Assembly: GCF_001447785.1 (NCBI RefSeq)
Contig: NW_015172592.1
Location: 445,542-509,541, forward strand
DNA: 64,000 bases
Direction: 5' to 3'
Origin: Gekko japonicus
Lineage: Eukaryota
Position 1 is the stretch's first letter; each line of letters starts with the position of its first letter. A program made the position numbers and the translations under genes. The notes under the pieces were generated by a model. It made no database searches. It saw nothing but the letters and a program-made list of their open reading frames with translations, and was not told the DNA's origin. Below are positions 1-12,879 of the stretch, piece after piece.

Positions 1-125
1 CAGTCCTTGGAGAGAAAAATGACTAGGCCTCATGTTCCACACTGTACTCAGATGTTTTTTTCCTTCAGTCACTAGCTACACACATTCCTCCCAATATGCA
101 AATTGAGTAGTTTCATTGGTCCACC

Positions 126-457
126 CAGGGGTCATTTCGTAGAAAAAGAGCTAGGGGAACTCATTAGCATAACTCATTAGCATATGCCACACCCCCTGAC
201 ATCAGGGGCCCGGCGGTGGACCTGCAAGGCCAGCAGGAGTGCGAGGAAGCCCCGCCAAGGCCCTCCCTGGCCCCAGGCAGGCAGGGGTGGGGAGAGGCGG
301 GGGGGAAGCAACTTACCCTCCCTCTTCTCCTGCCTCCTCCTGGCTGAATGAGGGCTGGAAGCGGGGCGGCCGGAAGCAGGGGGCGGGGCTTCGTCATGTG
401 TCCCGCCCCCCTGCACCTCATCCGGGGGAACTGTGTTCCCCCCCGAAATGACCTCTG
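126..457. mobile_element. Non-autonomous hAT transposon (MITE)
   Basis: TIRs CAGGGGTCATTTCG / CGAAATGACCTCTG (1 mismatch); perfect 8-bp TSD GGTCCACC at 118-125 and 458-465; GC-rich interior with no coding capacity. Confidence 0.9.
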
Positions 458-1230
458 GGTCCACCCAACAGCCTATATTCTCAAAGCTCTGCATACATCT
501 ATTCATATACTACATTATATTCAGGAACTCACAAGAGTCAACCTTTAGACAAAAACTGAACAGTAGACAATCCAGATATTTATTTATATTCACAGATTTT
601 GTACAATATATTCTCTTTCAACATTCACAATAATTCTTCTCAATATGTGCTTTCGCAGAGCCTCAGTGAAATTTGAGAAAAAGAAGTTATATCTAAAACA
701 CTGTTCTAGCTGTGCTTCAAGCCATTTCAATAAATGAAATTATGCTCACATCAAACAATCTTTTTGCTTCTAAAAGTGCTCAGTTTATCATATGATCCAT
801 GCTACAGATGTCACTTCTAAGACTTCTATACAAATTATGTAAGGGCTTCTGTACAGAAATAAAGTTGAAGATCTGCTTATAACTGCTGTTGCTCAGAAAT
901 ATACTGAGAACACACACAATCTGACAATGAACACAAGCATAACCATCATAATGTGAAGCTGTATTGTCTTTCTAAAACATAAAGCATACAAGAGGAAAAA
1001 CTGCACAAACATTTTGTCAAACACACACAATACAAGCACCACACAAAACAAGACCTGCAATCATCCTGAAAGTGAATGTTTTCAGTAAAACTAAATGGTT
1101 GGCAAAGACATGAAGTTATTTCAGGCATATTTTAATTATTCTATTACCCAATATTTTGCAGGGGGGGAAAACCCTCCAAAAATCCACAAACCCTTAGACA
1201 TTCAAGAAATGACTGTTAACTAGTACTTAC

Positions 1231-1261
1231 TGAAAATTGTGATTTGGGCTGTGTGTTGGAC
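1231..1261 (-). CDS. ROR2: ROR2 exon 4 (31-nt exon, (G)PTHSPNHNF(Q), Ig-to-Frizzled-CRD linker)
   Basis: Minus strand reads tttgtag|GTCCAACACACAGCCCAAATCACAATTTTCA|gtaagt; peptide matches the ROR2 PTHSPNHNFQ linker and is in phase with the upstream Ig exon. Confidence 0.95.
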
Positions 1262-1456
1262 CTACAAACATAAAAACAATAAATTAACACTTTTGCCTCT
1301 TGAATAAAATATATTAAAATATTTTAGAAGTACACTTGTGCTATGTCAAACAAATACTTTGTTTTTCCTGCACTACATCACGTTATTTTCAAAAACATAA
1401 ATCAATACTTTGTCTGCTAAAACAAATGCAACTCATATTTCAATTCATAGTTTCAG

Positions 1457-1655
1457 GTGGTAGCTGTGTTGGTCTGCAGCGGAAGAGCAAGATTTGAGTC
1501 CAGCACCTTACAATCAAGTAGGACAAGAAGAAAAGAAGAAGAAGAGGAAGAGGAGGAGGAGGAGGAGATTGGATTTATGCCTCGTCCTTCACTTGGAGAG
1601 GCTTACAATCTCCTCCCTCCCTCTCCCCACACCAGACACCATGTGAGGTAAGTGT
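1457..1655. mobile_element. Penelope-derived terminal repeat fragment followed by the 3' end of a MIR/Ther1-related (Squam3-like) SINE in minus orientation
   Basis: GTAGCTGTGTTGGTCTGCAG...GAGTCCAGCACCTTA, then a (GAA/GAG)n tail and ATTGGATTTAT...GGCTTACAATCTCC...GTGAGGTA. The poly-Glu ORF comes from the microsatellite tail. Confidence 0.6.
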
Positions 1656-2931
1656 AAGCTGTCAAGAGTTAAGCCTCCTTTGTCAGATATGACTCAGACC
1701 TAGCTCTTCAACTGATAGTGCTACTTTAACTTCATAACCAACCTCTTTCGGAACCATATAAAAATAGACACATCAAAATTTTTAGTAATGTTCACTGTTG
1801 TGTGGCCTTTTGTTACAAACAAATGTCCTGTGATGTACTGAATATTTTACACACAGTGGCAATATTAATTATAATAAAATCAGATATGTATAGAATGGGC
1901 AGCATAAAGTTTAATACCATTTGGGGTTAAGTGACAACTCAGGAATTCAAAAGTTGATCAATTACAAAGTATAAGATTGACTGTGTCGTTTAATATTTTG
2001 AACCAGATACCACTTACAGTTCCAGTGTACCAATGTATGCAAATGATTCTCTGCCCATTTCAATGGAGGGGCCCAATATGTATTTAATATTGTTGTAGCC
2101 GACCTCTCCTTGCCCATATAACCTCCTGCATTCAGATGGCAATCTCCCTGCCACCATGTAATCAACTTGTGCCATTTCTGTGGCTCCTTCCCCAATGTAC
2201 TCAAACATACCAATGTTCTCCACTGTTCTCATAATACTACCTCTTAGTCCCCTACTCTTACTGAATCTAGGCAGAAGTATGTGCACCTGGACTTTACTAC
2301 ATTATCTCTTCTTCCCATTGCTTCATCTTCCTTACATTAAATTTTAAAGTACAAGCATCTAATCTTCTGGAATAAAGCAACAAATGCTTCCTATAGAGAA
2401 TACCTCTATTTTGTCTGGATATTTGTACTCCACTTTTCCCCCCATTAGGAGCTCAAAAAGGCTTACAACATCAGAATAGTTGTGTCTTGATTTTGGGCAG
2501 ATATCAGGTTCCTGCAACTGCAGATACCATGTGTAACCTTACAAAGATAGGGACTCAAGCTATAAATACCATATGGAAAGTTGCTGCTTATTCCCTGTGC
2601 AGCAAGACCAGAATGAGTGGTACTGTGAAATGTGAAGTAATGAAAGTTTGCCTTTCTGTACTTTCAGCTATGGCTTATTTCACATTTATTCTGTTCTCTG
2701 AACTCCATATTTACAGACCATTCCATCTGTATCTACTTTCTTTTATTACTAGTAAATGGTATCAGGTTCAACCCAGACATTTTGTGCTGAGGAGGAGGCC
2801 TTAGGCAATGACTTGACTGATTTTCTTTCATGCTGCAATTTATTTTCTAAAAGAAAAAACCCAGTGAATTAATTTCTCATTTTGCTATTGTGAAAACTAG
2901 CTGTGAGTCTATAAAGCAGCAAAGCTACTTA

Positions 2932-3267
<336 letters not shown>

Positions 3268-3527
3268 TCAGAAAAGATCAAAGGTGAGCTAGAATACTTA
3301 ACTGCCTATGTATACTTATTTATGAGCCGCTTCAGTTTTTTAGTTAGACTACTCTGTGCATGTACACAGTTCTTCAGGTGCCAGGTTAGTATCAACAGTA
3401 GTCCTGTACTCTTGAGTAATTCTGTACTCTTGAGCTGTATTTTTATTTGATGTCATTTGATAAGAATTCCTCACAACGAAAGTGTATTTTTATTGGACTG
3501 TGACAATGTTTCTGTCAGACCCCGGTC

Positions 3528-3970
3528 CAGTTTGTAGAAAAAGCCCAGCAGGAACTCATTGGCATAATAGGCCACACCCAACACCAGAAACTCATTAGCA
3601 CATTAGGCCACACCAATGACAGTGCAGCTCATTAGCATATTAGGCCACATCCGCATGCCCAGGTGCCCCGTGGCTGCGGGGTGCCTGGGCAAGCCGGCCC
3701 TTGGACAGGCCGGGAAAGGCAAGGGGAGGCATCCCGGGACAAGCCGGCCCTTGGACAGGCCGGGAAAGGCAAGGGGAGGCATTTAAATGCCTCCCTGATC
3801 CTTCCAGGGCCCTCCCTGGCCCGCCTGCCTCGGAGTCGCCAGGGGGGTGTTGCTCTCCAGGCCTTCCCTCTGTAGCCAGGCACGCAGAGCTTTTGGCAGT
3901 AGTGGGCGTGACCAACTCTGAAGCCAGCTGGAACTCCATTCCTCTGCGCTCCTGCCCAAAAATAGCCCTG
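3528..3970. mobile_element. hAT-like non-autonomous element related to 126-457, left end damaged, with an internal ~50-bp-period duplication
   Basis: Shares the GTAGAAAAAG...GGAACTCATT(A/G)GCAT...GCCACAC motifs; right end AAAAATAGCCCTG; CAAGCCGGCCCTTGGACAGGCCGGGAAAGGCAAGGGGAGGCAT occurs twice within 3690-3782. Confidence 0.65.
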
Positions 3971-4836
3971 CTCAATAACTCTTGTTTTGGCAGTGATTAG
4001 TTTATTAGAGCATATGCAAGATCCAAAAGTCACCATGTTAGAACTGAAGTCTTTTGGCAGCTACAATCATATTATAGAAAATCAAACAGGTCTCATCCAG
4101 CCCACAAGCATACGTCACATCCACTCATCGCCTAGTTGCCATACCAACCAGGGAAGATATATGTCCCAGTAATCTAGAGTCCAAGCTGGTATAGGAATGT
4201 TTTCAAGGCCAATTCTCCTGGGAAAGCAAGAGGGGAGGAGAAGGGACTGTCTTGTGGAAAAGTTACATGGTCTAAAAGCAAAGGTCACATTCACACCTGC
4301 ACACACTCACCCCCACCCTCAGGAATACCCTCCCCCCAGCCATTATGGTCACCGAAGCAAGCATAGCATAGCAAGGTTTGACAATTTCAGTGACAGGAAT
4401 TGTGAGTAATTTTGATTCAGGTCCTTTTGCTCAAAATATGTTCTTAAGGGAAAGTTCTGGTTTACCTTCTCTACCTCTTATTTGTTAAGGCATCATTAAG
4501 TTTGCCAAAGAAAAACAAGCAATACTGAGAGAATTAAAGAACTACAAATTTAAAAGTGTCATGTTCATACTTCTCCCCTGCACCGATCTCCATGAAATGT
4601 TGCTCTCAGGGGACAGGGGACCCTGAAGAACAATGGGGGGTGGGTGGGATTCAGAAGGAAGGAGGAATCAGTGAACATTGCAAATCTAGTCTGGATCCAA
4701 TCCCAAATCAATCCTAAGAGATTAGCCCACACAATTAACTAAAATACAGAATGTGGTGTTATAAAAAAGATTGCTTTGTTGCTGGCTCTGTTCCCAATGG
4801 ATTGTCCGAAGTACAGAACAGAGTACTTAACACAAT

Positions 4837-4893
4837 CATGTTACAACCAGAACTTTAGTTCTTGTACTGCACTAAAGTTCTGGTTGTAACATG
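4837..4893. repeat. Perfect inverted repeat (23-bp stem, 11-nt loop)
   Basis: CATGTTACAACCAGAACTTTAGT (4837-4859) is the exact reverse complement of ACTAAAGTTCTGGTTGTAACATG (4871-4893). Confidence 0.95.
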
Positions 4894-6435
4894 CCGTGTC
4901 CATAATGGTAATATTTTTTATTCCATTTGGTAAATTCATTTGTTTTTTATATCCACAAAGGGATCCTGATTTCTGTAATCCATTAGGCCAAGAAGTCAAA
5001 GCACTATAACACAGGCAGCCATGGGAGGGGCTTGTTCAGTTTCAGCTCTTAGTCAAGCTAAAGAGTGACGTCACACCATATGTGTTCAAACTGAAATGAA
5101 AAACTGTCATAAGCATCATCAGAGACAGTATAACTAAATGCTCTGACACTATTTATGGCGTTTACAGATGTGGATAGCAAAGATATCAACTAAAAACATT
5201 TTCCTAAGATATCCCCAGCTGGAATTAATTTGCAATGGTTTTTCTTTTTTTGCTGCCATAGATACTTCTGTTGGAAAGCTTAATAGAATTCTAGAAAGTG
5301 CAAACAATGGTTTTAGCATTAATATTTTAAACGTTGTAGCAGCAGTGAGCTCCTCCGCTTCCAATAAGGGCAAAGCCTGATCCCAGACCGAAGAGCTCGC
5401 TCTCCCATCTCCAGGCCAAAAAGGCTCAGAATTAGGAACACATTGGCACTGTGGGTAATTTCAGTTTGTTTTGGCTTGCTTCTGCCTATTGTTATCTGCT
5501 TCTTTCCATGTTCCAAAATGTGGTATGCATTTTCTTGATCCTCCACTCGCATACATTTTGGATTGTTGAGTTTGCTGAAAAGTTCCTGGTGATGCTTGAA
5601 CAGTCCCCTCAAGCTGCAGCATAAATCAGGTGATAACAGGCACATATAATAATGTGCATCACTTTCTGCAAACCAAAACGGCCATGAGCGACAGGGAATG
5701 AGGCCAATAAGAGAAACAAGTGATTAAAGGACCCAACAACTACTAGCTTCAGATTCTTGTGATGCACACAAGTTTTTAAAGCAGTATAAGGGAAGCCAGC
5801 TACTTTTCAAAGCAGCCCAATATGAACCATACATGAATGCCCAGATGTTAGTGCAGACATTAAATTCAAGCATACATTGAATCCACTTTAGCCTTTTGCT
5901 CCAGTGGTTCCCAAATGTTACTATGGACACTCCCTTATTAATAGCTAGACTTGAGTCTAATAGCACCTCAGAGACCAGCAAGACTGGGGGAGGGTAATAA
6001 GCTTTCCAAGAGATAAGCAGACTTGTGTGGATTTTTGCTTCATTTGGAGACATTACTGTGTTCATCCTGTAAAGTTTGGAGTTTGCACCAGCAGGTCAAA
6101 GATATAAACACGCTTTATGCAGCACACAAAGCCTTAGCCAGGCATCTGTCTTGAAATCAGGCCTCAACTAAACTTACCTTTCTCAGAAGCATGCCAAATC
6201 TGACTGCTCAGCGCAAAGTATTTGCAACTCCACTCAGCCACTAGATGGCAATTAGCATATATTACACATACAGGAGCATGGGAGGGAAATTTCTGCCAAA
6301 TCCCCCCTTCCTGCTGCTACCTCACACCAAATTTCACACAAAACCTCACCAGTGCTTTTTAATGACTGCACAAGAAAGGTAAAAATGGCAGATCAATCCC
6401 AACAGATTATAGGATAATTATGTTTTCCTAACAAA

Positions 6436-6875
6436 AAAAGTCTGTATGGTAAAAGCAATGGTATTAGTAATGTATGGCTGCGAGAGTTGGACTATAAGAA
6501 AGGCCGAGTGCCGAAGAATAGATTCTTTTGAACTATGGTGCTGGAGAAGACTCTTGAGAGTCCCTTGGACTACAAGGAGATCAAATCAGTTAGTCCTAAA
6601 AGAAATCAACCCTAACTGTTCCCTGGAAGGCCAGATACTGAAGCTGAAGCTCAAATACTTTTGCCACCAAATGAGAAGGGCACACTCACTGGAGAAGACC
6701 CTGATGCTGGGAAAGATTGAAGGTCAAAAAAGAAGGGGACAACAAAGGATGAGATGGTTAGACAGTGTTATTGATGCAACAAACATGAACTTAAGCATAC
6801 TCTGGAGGATGGCGTGATGTGGTCCATGGGGTCGCGAAGAGTCGGACTCAACTGTGCGACTGAACAACAACAGCA
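6436..6875 (+). mobile_element. BovB (RTE clade) LINE, 5'-truncated 3' end
   Basis: ORF 6446-6817 carries the BovB C-terminus (VMYGCESWTIRKAECRRIDSFELWCWRRLLRVPWT, SLEKTLMLGKIEG, QRMRWLD), followed by GTCCATGGGGTCGCGAAGAGTCGGAC and a (CAA)n tail. Confidence 0.93.
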
Positions 6876-7019
6876 ATACATATTTTTAACCAAAATACCA
6901 AATACCATGCATTTAAACTGGTGTGGGCCAAGCCATTGTTGAGTAAATGTACAGCATATCACAGGCAGTTGTGGAGGGGCTTTAACAATGTGTTGCAGTA
7001 TAGAGGGTGGGGCAGGCAC

Positions 7020-7222
7020 TAGGAATCCCAGATCCAGGTTGGGAAATATGTATAAATTTGGGAGGTGGAGCTTGAGGAGGGTGGGGTTTGGGGTGGGGAG
7101 GGGAGGGACTTCAATGTCATAGAATCCGCACTCTAAAGCGGCCATTTTATCCGGATGACCATCGTCTGGAGATCAGTTGTAATAGTAGGTCTCCAGCCAC
7201 CACCTGGAGGCTGACAACCATA
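7020..7222. mobile_element. Degenerate TAGGGTTGCC-family hAT-like MITE
   Basis: Shares the internal motifs GGGTGGGGTTTGGG, CTGGAGATCAGTTGTAAT and CCACCTGGAGGCTGACAACC with the TSD-bounded copy at 27699-27904. Confidence 0.6.
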
Positions 7223-8200
7223 GTAGGCAAAAGTGATTTTTTTTAAGTGGGTGGTGCTTGCACAGTGTTTTTTAATAGAGGTGTTAGAGGCACAGTCCTA
7301 TTTTCATTTGTGAAAGTGTCATTAACAAGACAACCTAAATCCTATGCTAGAAAATATGTTAGGTTCATATAAGTCAAACGTATAAGTTTTCGGGAACTTC
7401 AGAATTGGTTATAATATTCATAATTAACTATGAACATTTATGTCAGTAAGAGATATATGTTCTGGAAATGACATTTCTATGAATTCGATTATTTTCAGAC
7501 ATTGTACCCAAAGCCCCTGGTATCAAAGGGGGTTTCTGCAGATGTCAATAGACTTTGAATTAAGGTCATTTCCCTGCAATGAATTCTTTAATAATCACTT
7601 TTTCTGGAGAAAAAGTATGAATGATACATTAAGAATTTTTAAAAATGTTTCATATTTGAATAATTGAGTCCCAAGGCTTTATTAATACTTGGAATAGATG
7701 ACATTTACAATTGTGTTGATATTGTTCAGCTGAAACTAATTAATGAGGTTTAAAATGTTTTTGTGCTTACATGTGTCACTATAAGAGTATACTAATACAT
7801 CTGTTTTGAGTTACAACAGTCTGAAATGTACAGCATGGTATACCATTCAACAAGACACTATTTTAATGCACACATAATAGATCTAAATTCTGTACCATTC
7901 TTTTCACAGACACAGAGTAAGTGGAAAGCAAGGCAGAGAGCAGAACATATGTTTAAATGCAAAGCACTCAAATCTACTTGCTAGTGAAATGCGAATGATA
8001 TTTATGATATATTCAACCCTCTAAAAAGCATCTGTAAATTAACAATACAACACTGAAGACATAGAACCTTTCGACAAACAACACATTAACATTTTCTGCT
8101 ATTTTGGGAGATCTACAATTACAAGTTTCAGGGTGCAAATTGCCTCCCAGGGATTTAAGGAATTTCCTGTTTAATGGACTCCCCCCTAACACAATCCTTA

Positions 8201-9156
8201 TCTCCCTTATACATAAAAGCCGAATGGTGGTGGCACTTCTCTAGAACATTCCACATGCTCTGGAATTGGTTGGTGCCCTGGTGTGTCACTCAGAATCTGT
8301 CCCTATCCACTGGCTGCATTGCTTGAGTCTCACCTCCAACATTCTAAACAGTTTGCTGTTCCCCTCCCCCCTATAGCCAGTAAGAACACAGAGGTTATTT
8401 GCATATGCAACCTCATTGGCCTTTGCCTCGGAACACAGAGGTCGTTTGCATATGCAACTTGATTGGCTTTTGCCTCTAACATTCTAAACAGTTTGCTGTT
8501 CTGAGGTAAAATGTGTCCAATCTCCAGGTGAGGGCTGGAGATCACTCAGAATTACAACTGCTTTCCAGATGGCAGAGATCAGTTCCCCTGGAGAAAATGA
8601 TGGGCTCTGAATCCTTATATACTGCTGAGGTGGCCCCCGTATGACAGCCAATGTGACATAGCAGTCAGGGTTTCAGAGCATGGGAGATGCTGCAGGTGTG
8701 TGGGGGGTGGAAAGCTGAAGAGTGAGGGGGAAATAAAGGTAGGTTGATGATTGGCTGGGAAGGAGATAAGGTTGCCAACCCCAGGTGGGAAATTCCTGGA
8801 GATGTGAGGGATGGAGCCTGGAGAGTGTGAAGTTTCAGGAGGCATGGGACCTCGGACAGGCACAAAGCCATAGACTCCACCCCTCCAAACCAACCATTCC
8901 CTTCTGGTAACCATCATTGCCAATCTCCAGGTGAGGGCTGGAGATCACTCAAAATTACAACTGCTCTCCAGATGGCAGAGATCAGTTCCCCTGGAGAAAA
9001 TGGTGGGCTCTGTATCCTTATATGCTGCTGAGGTGGCCCCTACCCTAGTGAGGTCGCCACAGCAAATTAACACTAAGTGTCCAAGGCCGGGGCACCTGCC
9101 CAGATCCTCTTTCTAGATGCCATTGTATTTATTTCCACAGCGGGCCTTTTTCCTAG
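8201..9156 (+). mobile_element. Non-autonomous Helitron carrying TAGGGTTGCC-family segments
   Basis: Inserted between A and T: 5' a|TCTCCCTTATACATAA, 3' imperfect hairpin then CCTTTTTCCTAG|t. Its 5' part (about 8226-8500) recurs inverted at 60810-61065. Confidence 0.65.
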
Positions 9157-9335
9157 TACATATTTTCAATTCAGATACTCTAGTTGAATATTAGAAAAAA
9201 AAAACCTGTCTTAAATAATAATACAGTTTCAATTACTAGTTAATATTTAATATCAATTTTATTTTATTGGTATCCCATCCTACCCTGCAAGTGGGTTCTG
9301 GGTGACTCAAAACACATAAATATCACAATTTAAAA

Positions 9336-10677
9336 CAAGGGTTTCAAACATGCGGCCCATAGGCCAGATCAGGCCCTCGGAAGGCCCCTATCCAGCCTGC
9401 AAGGAACTGGCTATTTCCTTCTTTCTCAGTTCTCCTGCTGCGGTGCAGCTTGCTTTACCAGATGTTCTCAGTCACACAGAAGAGACAGGCAAGCTTCTGT
9501 TTCCTACAATGGCTGAGGCATCTCCACCTCCTCCTCCCAGGGGGTGGGAGGGAATGAGCCAGAGCTTGCTTCCTGGCCAGGCTGATTCAATTGCACAGGA
9601 GATATTGGCTGATGATCCTCCCCTTCCTCCTGCCTTGCTTTGCTCAGCTGCCTCAATTGCATGGGAGAAATACAAAGCACCTTTAAGACCAACAAAGTTT
9701 TATCAAGGTATGAGCTTTTGTGTGCCTTGCTACAGTGTTTTGTTGGGCTCGTTATGCCAGGTCTCCTGGGTGCAACTGGGTCCCCCTCAATGCATAAATT
9801 AGTTTGCTCTGGAGCCATCCTTCCTGCACGAAGACAAAACTGTGTGAGCTGGAGGCTAAAAAAACTGTTAGCTTGCTCACACTAACTCAGCTTAGAGAGA
9901 ACACTTGTCCCCCTCCTCTTTTTCACAGTATTCATGCCTTCATGATCCAGTCTTTCTCAGCAGAAAAGCAATGTGAACTATTTAGATGAGGAATAACAAT
10001 AAGCCAGTGAGGTAGATTAGGCTAAGAGTGTGTGTCCAGACAAAGTTCACCGAGCACACTTCCTTGGTAGATTTTGAACCTAGACTTCCCAGACAGCAAG
10101 CTGACACTGACTATACATTGCTGTCTCTCTATTCTTACATTGCCTCATAGGAGTTGTAGTTATTTCTCTGGGGAAGACTATAGTTTTGTAAACAAACACA
10201 TAGCCCTCCAGCTGTCAGGATGCTTTCTCATGTTCTTGACCAGCACACAAAGCAATTTATTTACAAAACCTCGAAATGCCCAGCCATTTCATGTTTTTTC
10301 CCTGGATCCTAGGCTCAGAACACTCAACATGAAATTTCTGTAATGAATGTCAATAAATCAAAAGTAGTTTTCCAGCTCACAGATACACACCTGAACAGCA
10401 TATTCAAGATTGCCAGAGCACAGATATTTTAATGTAATAATTCAGAGAAAGAGCTGTCAATTACCAAAGACTGTTAAATAAACAAAATATTGTGAGAGTG
10501 TTTTAAGCATATTTTATTTAAAGTTAAAAAAAATCTTTAATTGTGTTTGTGAGCTTTATAACGTTTATATCTCCGCTACCTGGCATTACGTTTTATGACA
10601 AACATGGCCCAGTCCAACAAGGTCTCAGAGGTCTCATTTATGTCTGGCTCTCACAACAAATGAGTGTGATACTCCTG
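9336..10677. mobile_element. hAT-Charlie-like non-autonomous element with nested SINE and MITE fragments
   Basis: Ends CAAGGGTTTCAAACATGCGGCCC and GAGTGTGATACTCCTG; 8-bp TSD ATTTAAAA at 9328-9335 and 10678-10685; interrupts the 3' tail of the L2 element. Confidence 0.8.
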
Positions 10678-10685
10678 ATTTAAAA

Positions 10686-12530
10686 GATTTAAACGTAATA
10701 TAATAAGAGATTAAAATTTACATCCATATACAAATCACAAAATGGCGATAATACACTTAAAGTGCTCTCAGAAAGTTTTGACCCTTGTATGTGTGCTCAT
10801 ATATACTGAAATTCCCTCTGCTCAGTACATAAAAAGTACCTTGTGAGTGGCACAGGTGAATAGAATAGGTGGGGGGGAGGGTTAATTTAATATGGTGTCT
10901 GCCGCCTCAACCAAAGGCCTGGAGGAACAGCTCTGTTTTACAGACCCTGACAAATGTTTATAAATCCCACAGGGCCCTGATCTCAATTGGGAGACTGTTC
11001 GACCAGACCGGAGCCAGAGCCTCTGGTCGAGGCTAAGCAGACATCCCTCCGGCTGGGAATCACCAGTGGACATCCCTTGAGCCAGGGATCTGAAGAACAC
11101 AGAGTTCTTTGGGGGACATAGCAGTTGAGACAGTCCTGCAGATAAGATGGTCCCAGACTGCACAGGGCTTTAAAGGTTAATACCAGAATCTTGAACTTGA
11201 TCTGGTACTCAACTGGAAGCCAATGCAGCTAGCAGAGCACAGGAGGTCTATGTGCTTGTCCTGAGGTCCCAGTAAGGACATGTGCAGCTGCATTTTGAAC
11301 CAGCCAGAGTGTCCGAATCAGTCTCAAGGGTAACCCTGCATACAGCGAGTTACAGTTGTCCAGCCTGGAGGTGACCAATGCATACAATGCATGGATCACT
11401 TTGGCTAGGTCAAGGGGGAGAGATGGGGGCCAATTGCCTGACCTGCCAATGGTAAAAGGCTGATCTGGCAACAATCATGACCTGGGCCTCCACAAATGTT
11501 TATAAATCCCACAGGGCCCTGATCTCAATTGGGAGACTGTTCCACCAGACTGGAGCCAGAGCCTCTGGTCGAGGCTAAGCAGACATCCCTCCGGCTGGGG
11601 ATCACCAGTGGACATCCCTTGGGCCAGGGATCTGAAGAACACAAAGTTCTTTGGGGGACATAGCGGTTGAGACAGTCCTGCAGATAAGATGGTCCCAGAC
11701 TGCACAGGGCTTTAAAGGTTAATACCAGAATCTTGAACTTGATCTGGTACTCAACTGGAAGCCAATGCAGCTAGCAGAGCACAGGAGGTCTATGTGCTTG
11801 TCCTGAGGTCCTAGTAAGGACATGTGCAGCTGCCAGCCAGAGTGTCCGAATCAGTCTCAAGGGTAACCCTGCATACAGCGAGTTACAGTTGTCCAGCCTG
11901 GAGGTGACCAATGCATGGATCACTTTGGCTAAGTCACGGGAAAGAGATGGGGGCTAATTGCCTGACCTGCCAATGGTAAAAGGCTGATCTGGCAACAAAT
12001 GACCTGGGCCTCCACTGAAACTGAGGCATCCATTGTCACACCCAGACTCCTCAGCATTGACACTGGCGCTAGCAGCGCCTCATCAAAGGTGGGGAGCCAG
12101 ATCCCTGGTCCCACCCACCCCCAGCTCAGGCACAGGACCTCCATCTTAGATGGATTTAATTTCAGTTGATTCTGTTTCAGCCAATCAGCCACGGCCTCCA
12201 GTGTCCTAGCCAGAACCTCTGGGGAGGTATCTCGGTGGCCATCCATCAACAGATATAGCTCGGTGTCATCAGTGTGCTGATGACAACCCAGCCCAAACCT
12301 CCAGACCAGCTGGGCAAGAGGGCGCATGTGGATGTTAAATAACATAGGGCAGAGAATCGCTCCTTGGGAGACGCCAATACCAGTGGCTAACATGGTGAAA
12401 CCCTCTGCCCAAGTGCCACTCTCTGTCCTCTGTCTTGGAGAAAAGAGATAAGCCATTGAAGGCAGTCTCTCGTATCTCCATGCTGGCGAGGTGGTGGGTC
12501 AAAAGATCGTAATCAACCATGGCAAACACT
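10686..12530 (-). mobile_element. L2-clade LINE, RT and 3' region (decayed), with an internal 542-bp tandem duplication
   Basis: GVSQGAILCPMLFNIHMRPL...HTDDTELYL (YADD-like), WLKQNQLKLNPSKMEVL, ALVTSRLDNCNSLYAGLP...VQNAAAHVLTG; 10950-11491 is repeated at 11492-12013; the tail continues at about 9257-9335. Confidence 0.9.
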
Positions 12531-12879
12531 AAACATGAGCCTGCAGTGCGATGTGACTGTGAAGAAAGCTAATGCGATCTTATTCTCTCTTGCTCTGGAT
12601 TGCAAGACTAGATCTAATGAGTGGAAATTACAAGGGAGTTGATAACCGGCGAAATATCAGGAGAAACTTCCTAACTGTAAGAGTGGTTGAGTAGTGGAAC
12701 AGACTACCTTGGGAGGTGGTGGATGCTCCTTCGCTGGAAGTTTTCAAGCGGAGGCTGGATGAGCATCTTTCAGGATGAGCATCTTTCAGCTATCTTTTGG
12801 CTGTGCTCCTGCAGAGTGCAGGGGGTTGGACTAAATGACCTGCAATGCCCCTTCCAATGCTAATATTCTATGATTCTAT
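12531..12879 (+). mobile_element. CR1 LINE 3' fragment inserted in the L2
   Basis: AACTTCCTAACTGTAAGAG, GGGAGGTGGTGGATGCTCCTTCGCTGGAAGTTTTCAAG, GGGTTGGACTAAATGACC and terminal ATTCTATGATTCTAT repeats typical of CR1. Confidence 0.88.

Noticed and set aside
946-1128. ORF containing HFQDD, which mimics the ROR2 exon 4/5 junction (NFQDD)
   Set aside because: It continues CRSCFVW rather than the Frizzled-CRD sequence (YHEDGFCQPYRG-like); treated as coincidence, with exon 5 outside the window.
1962-2286. Overlapping minus-strand ORFs in intron 3
   Set aside because: No recognisable domain or convincing splice context; possibly very old LINE debris, but unsupported.
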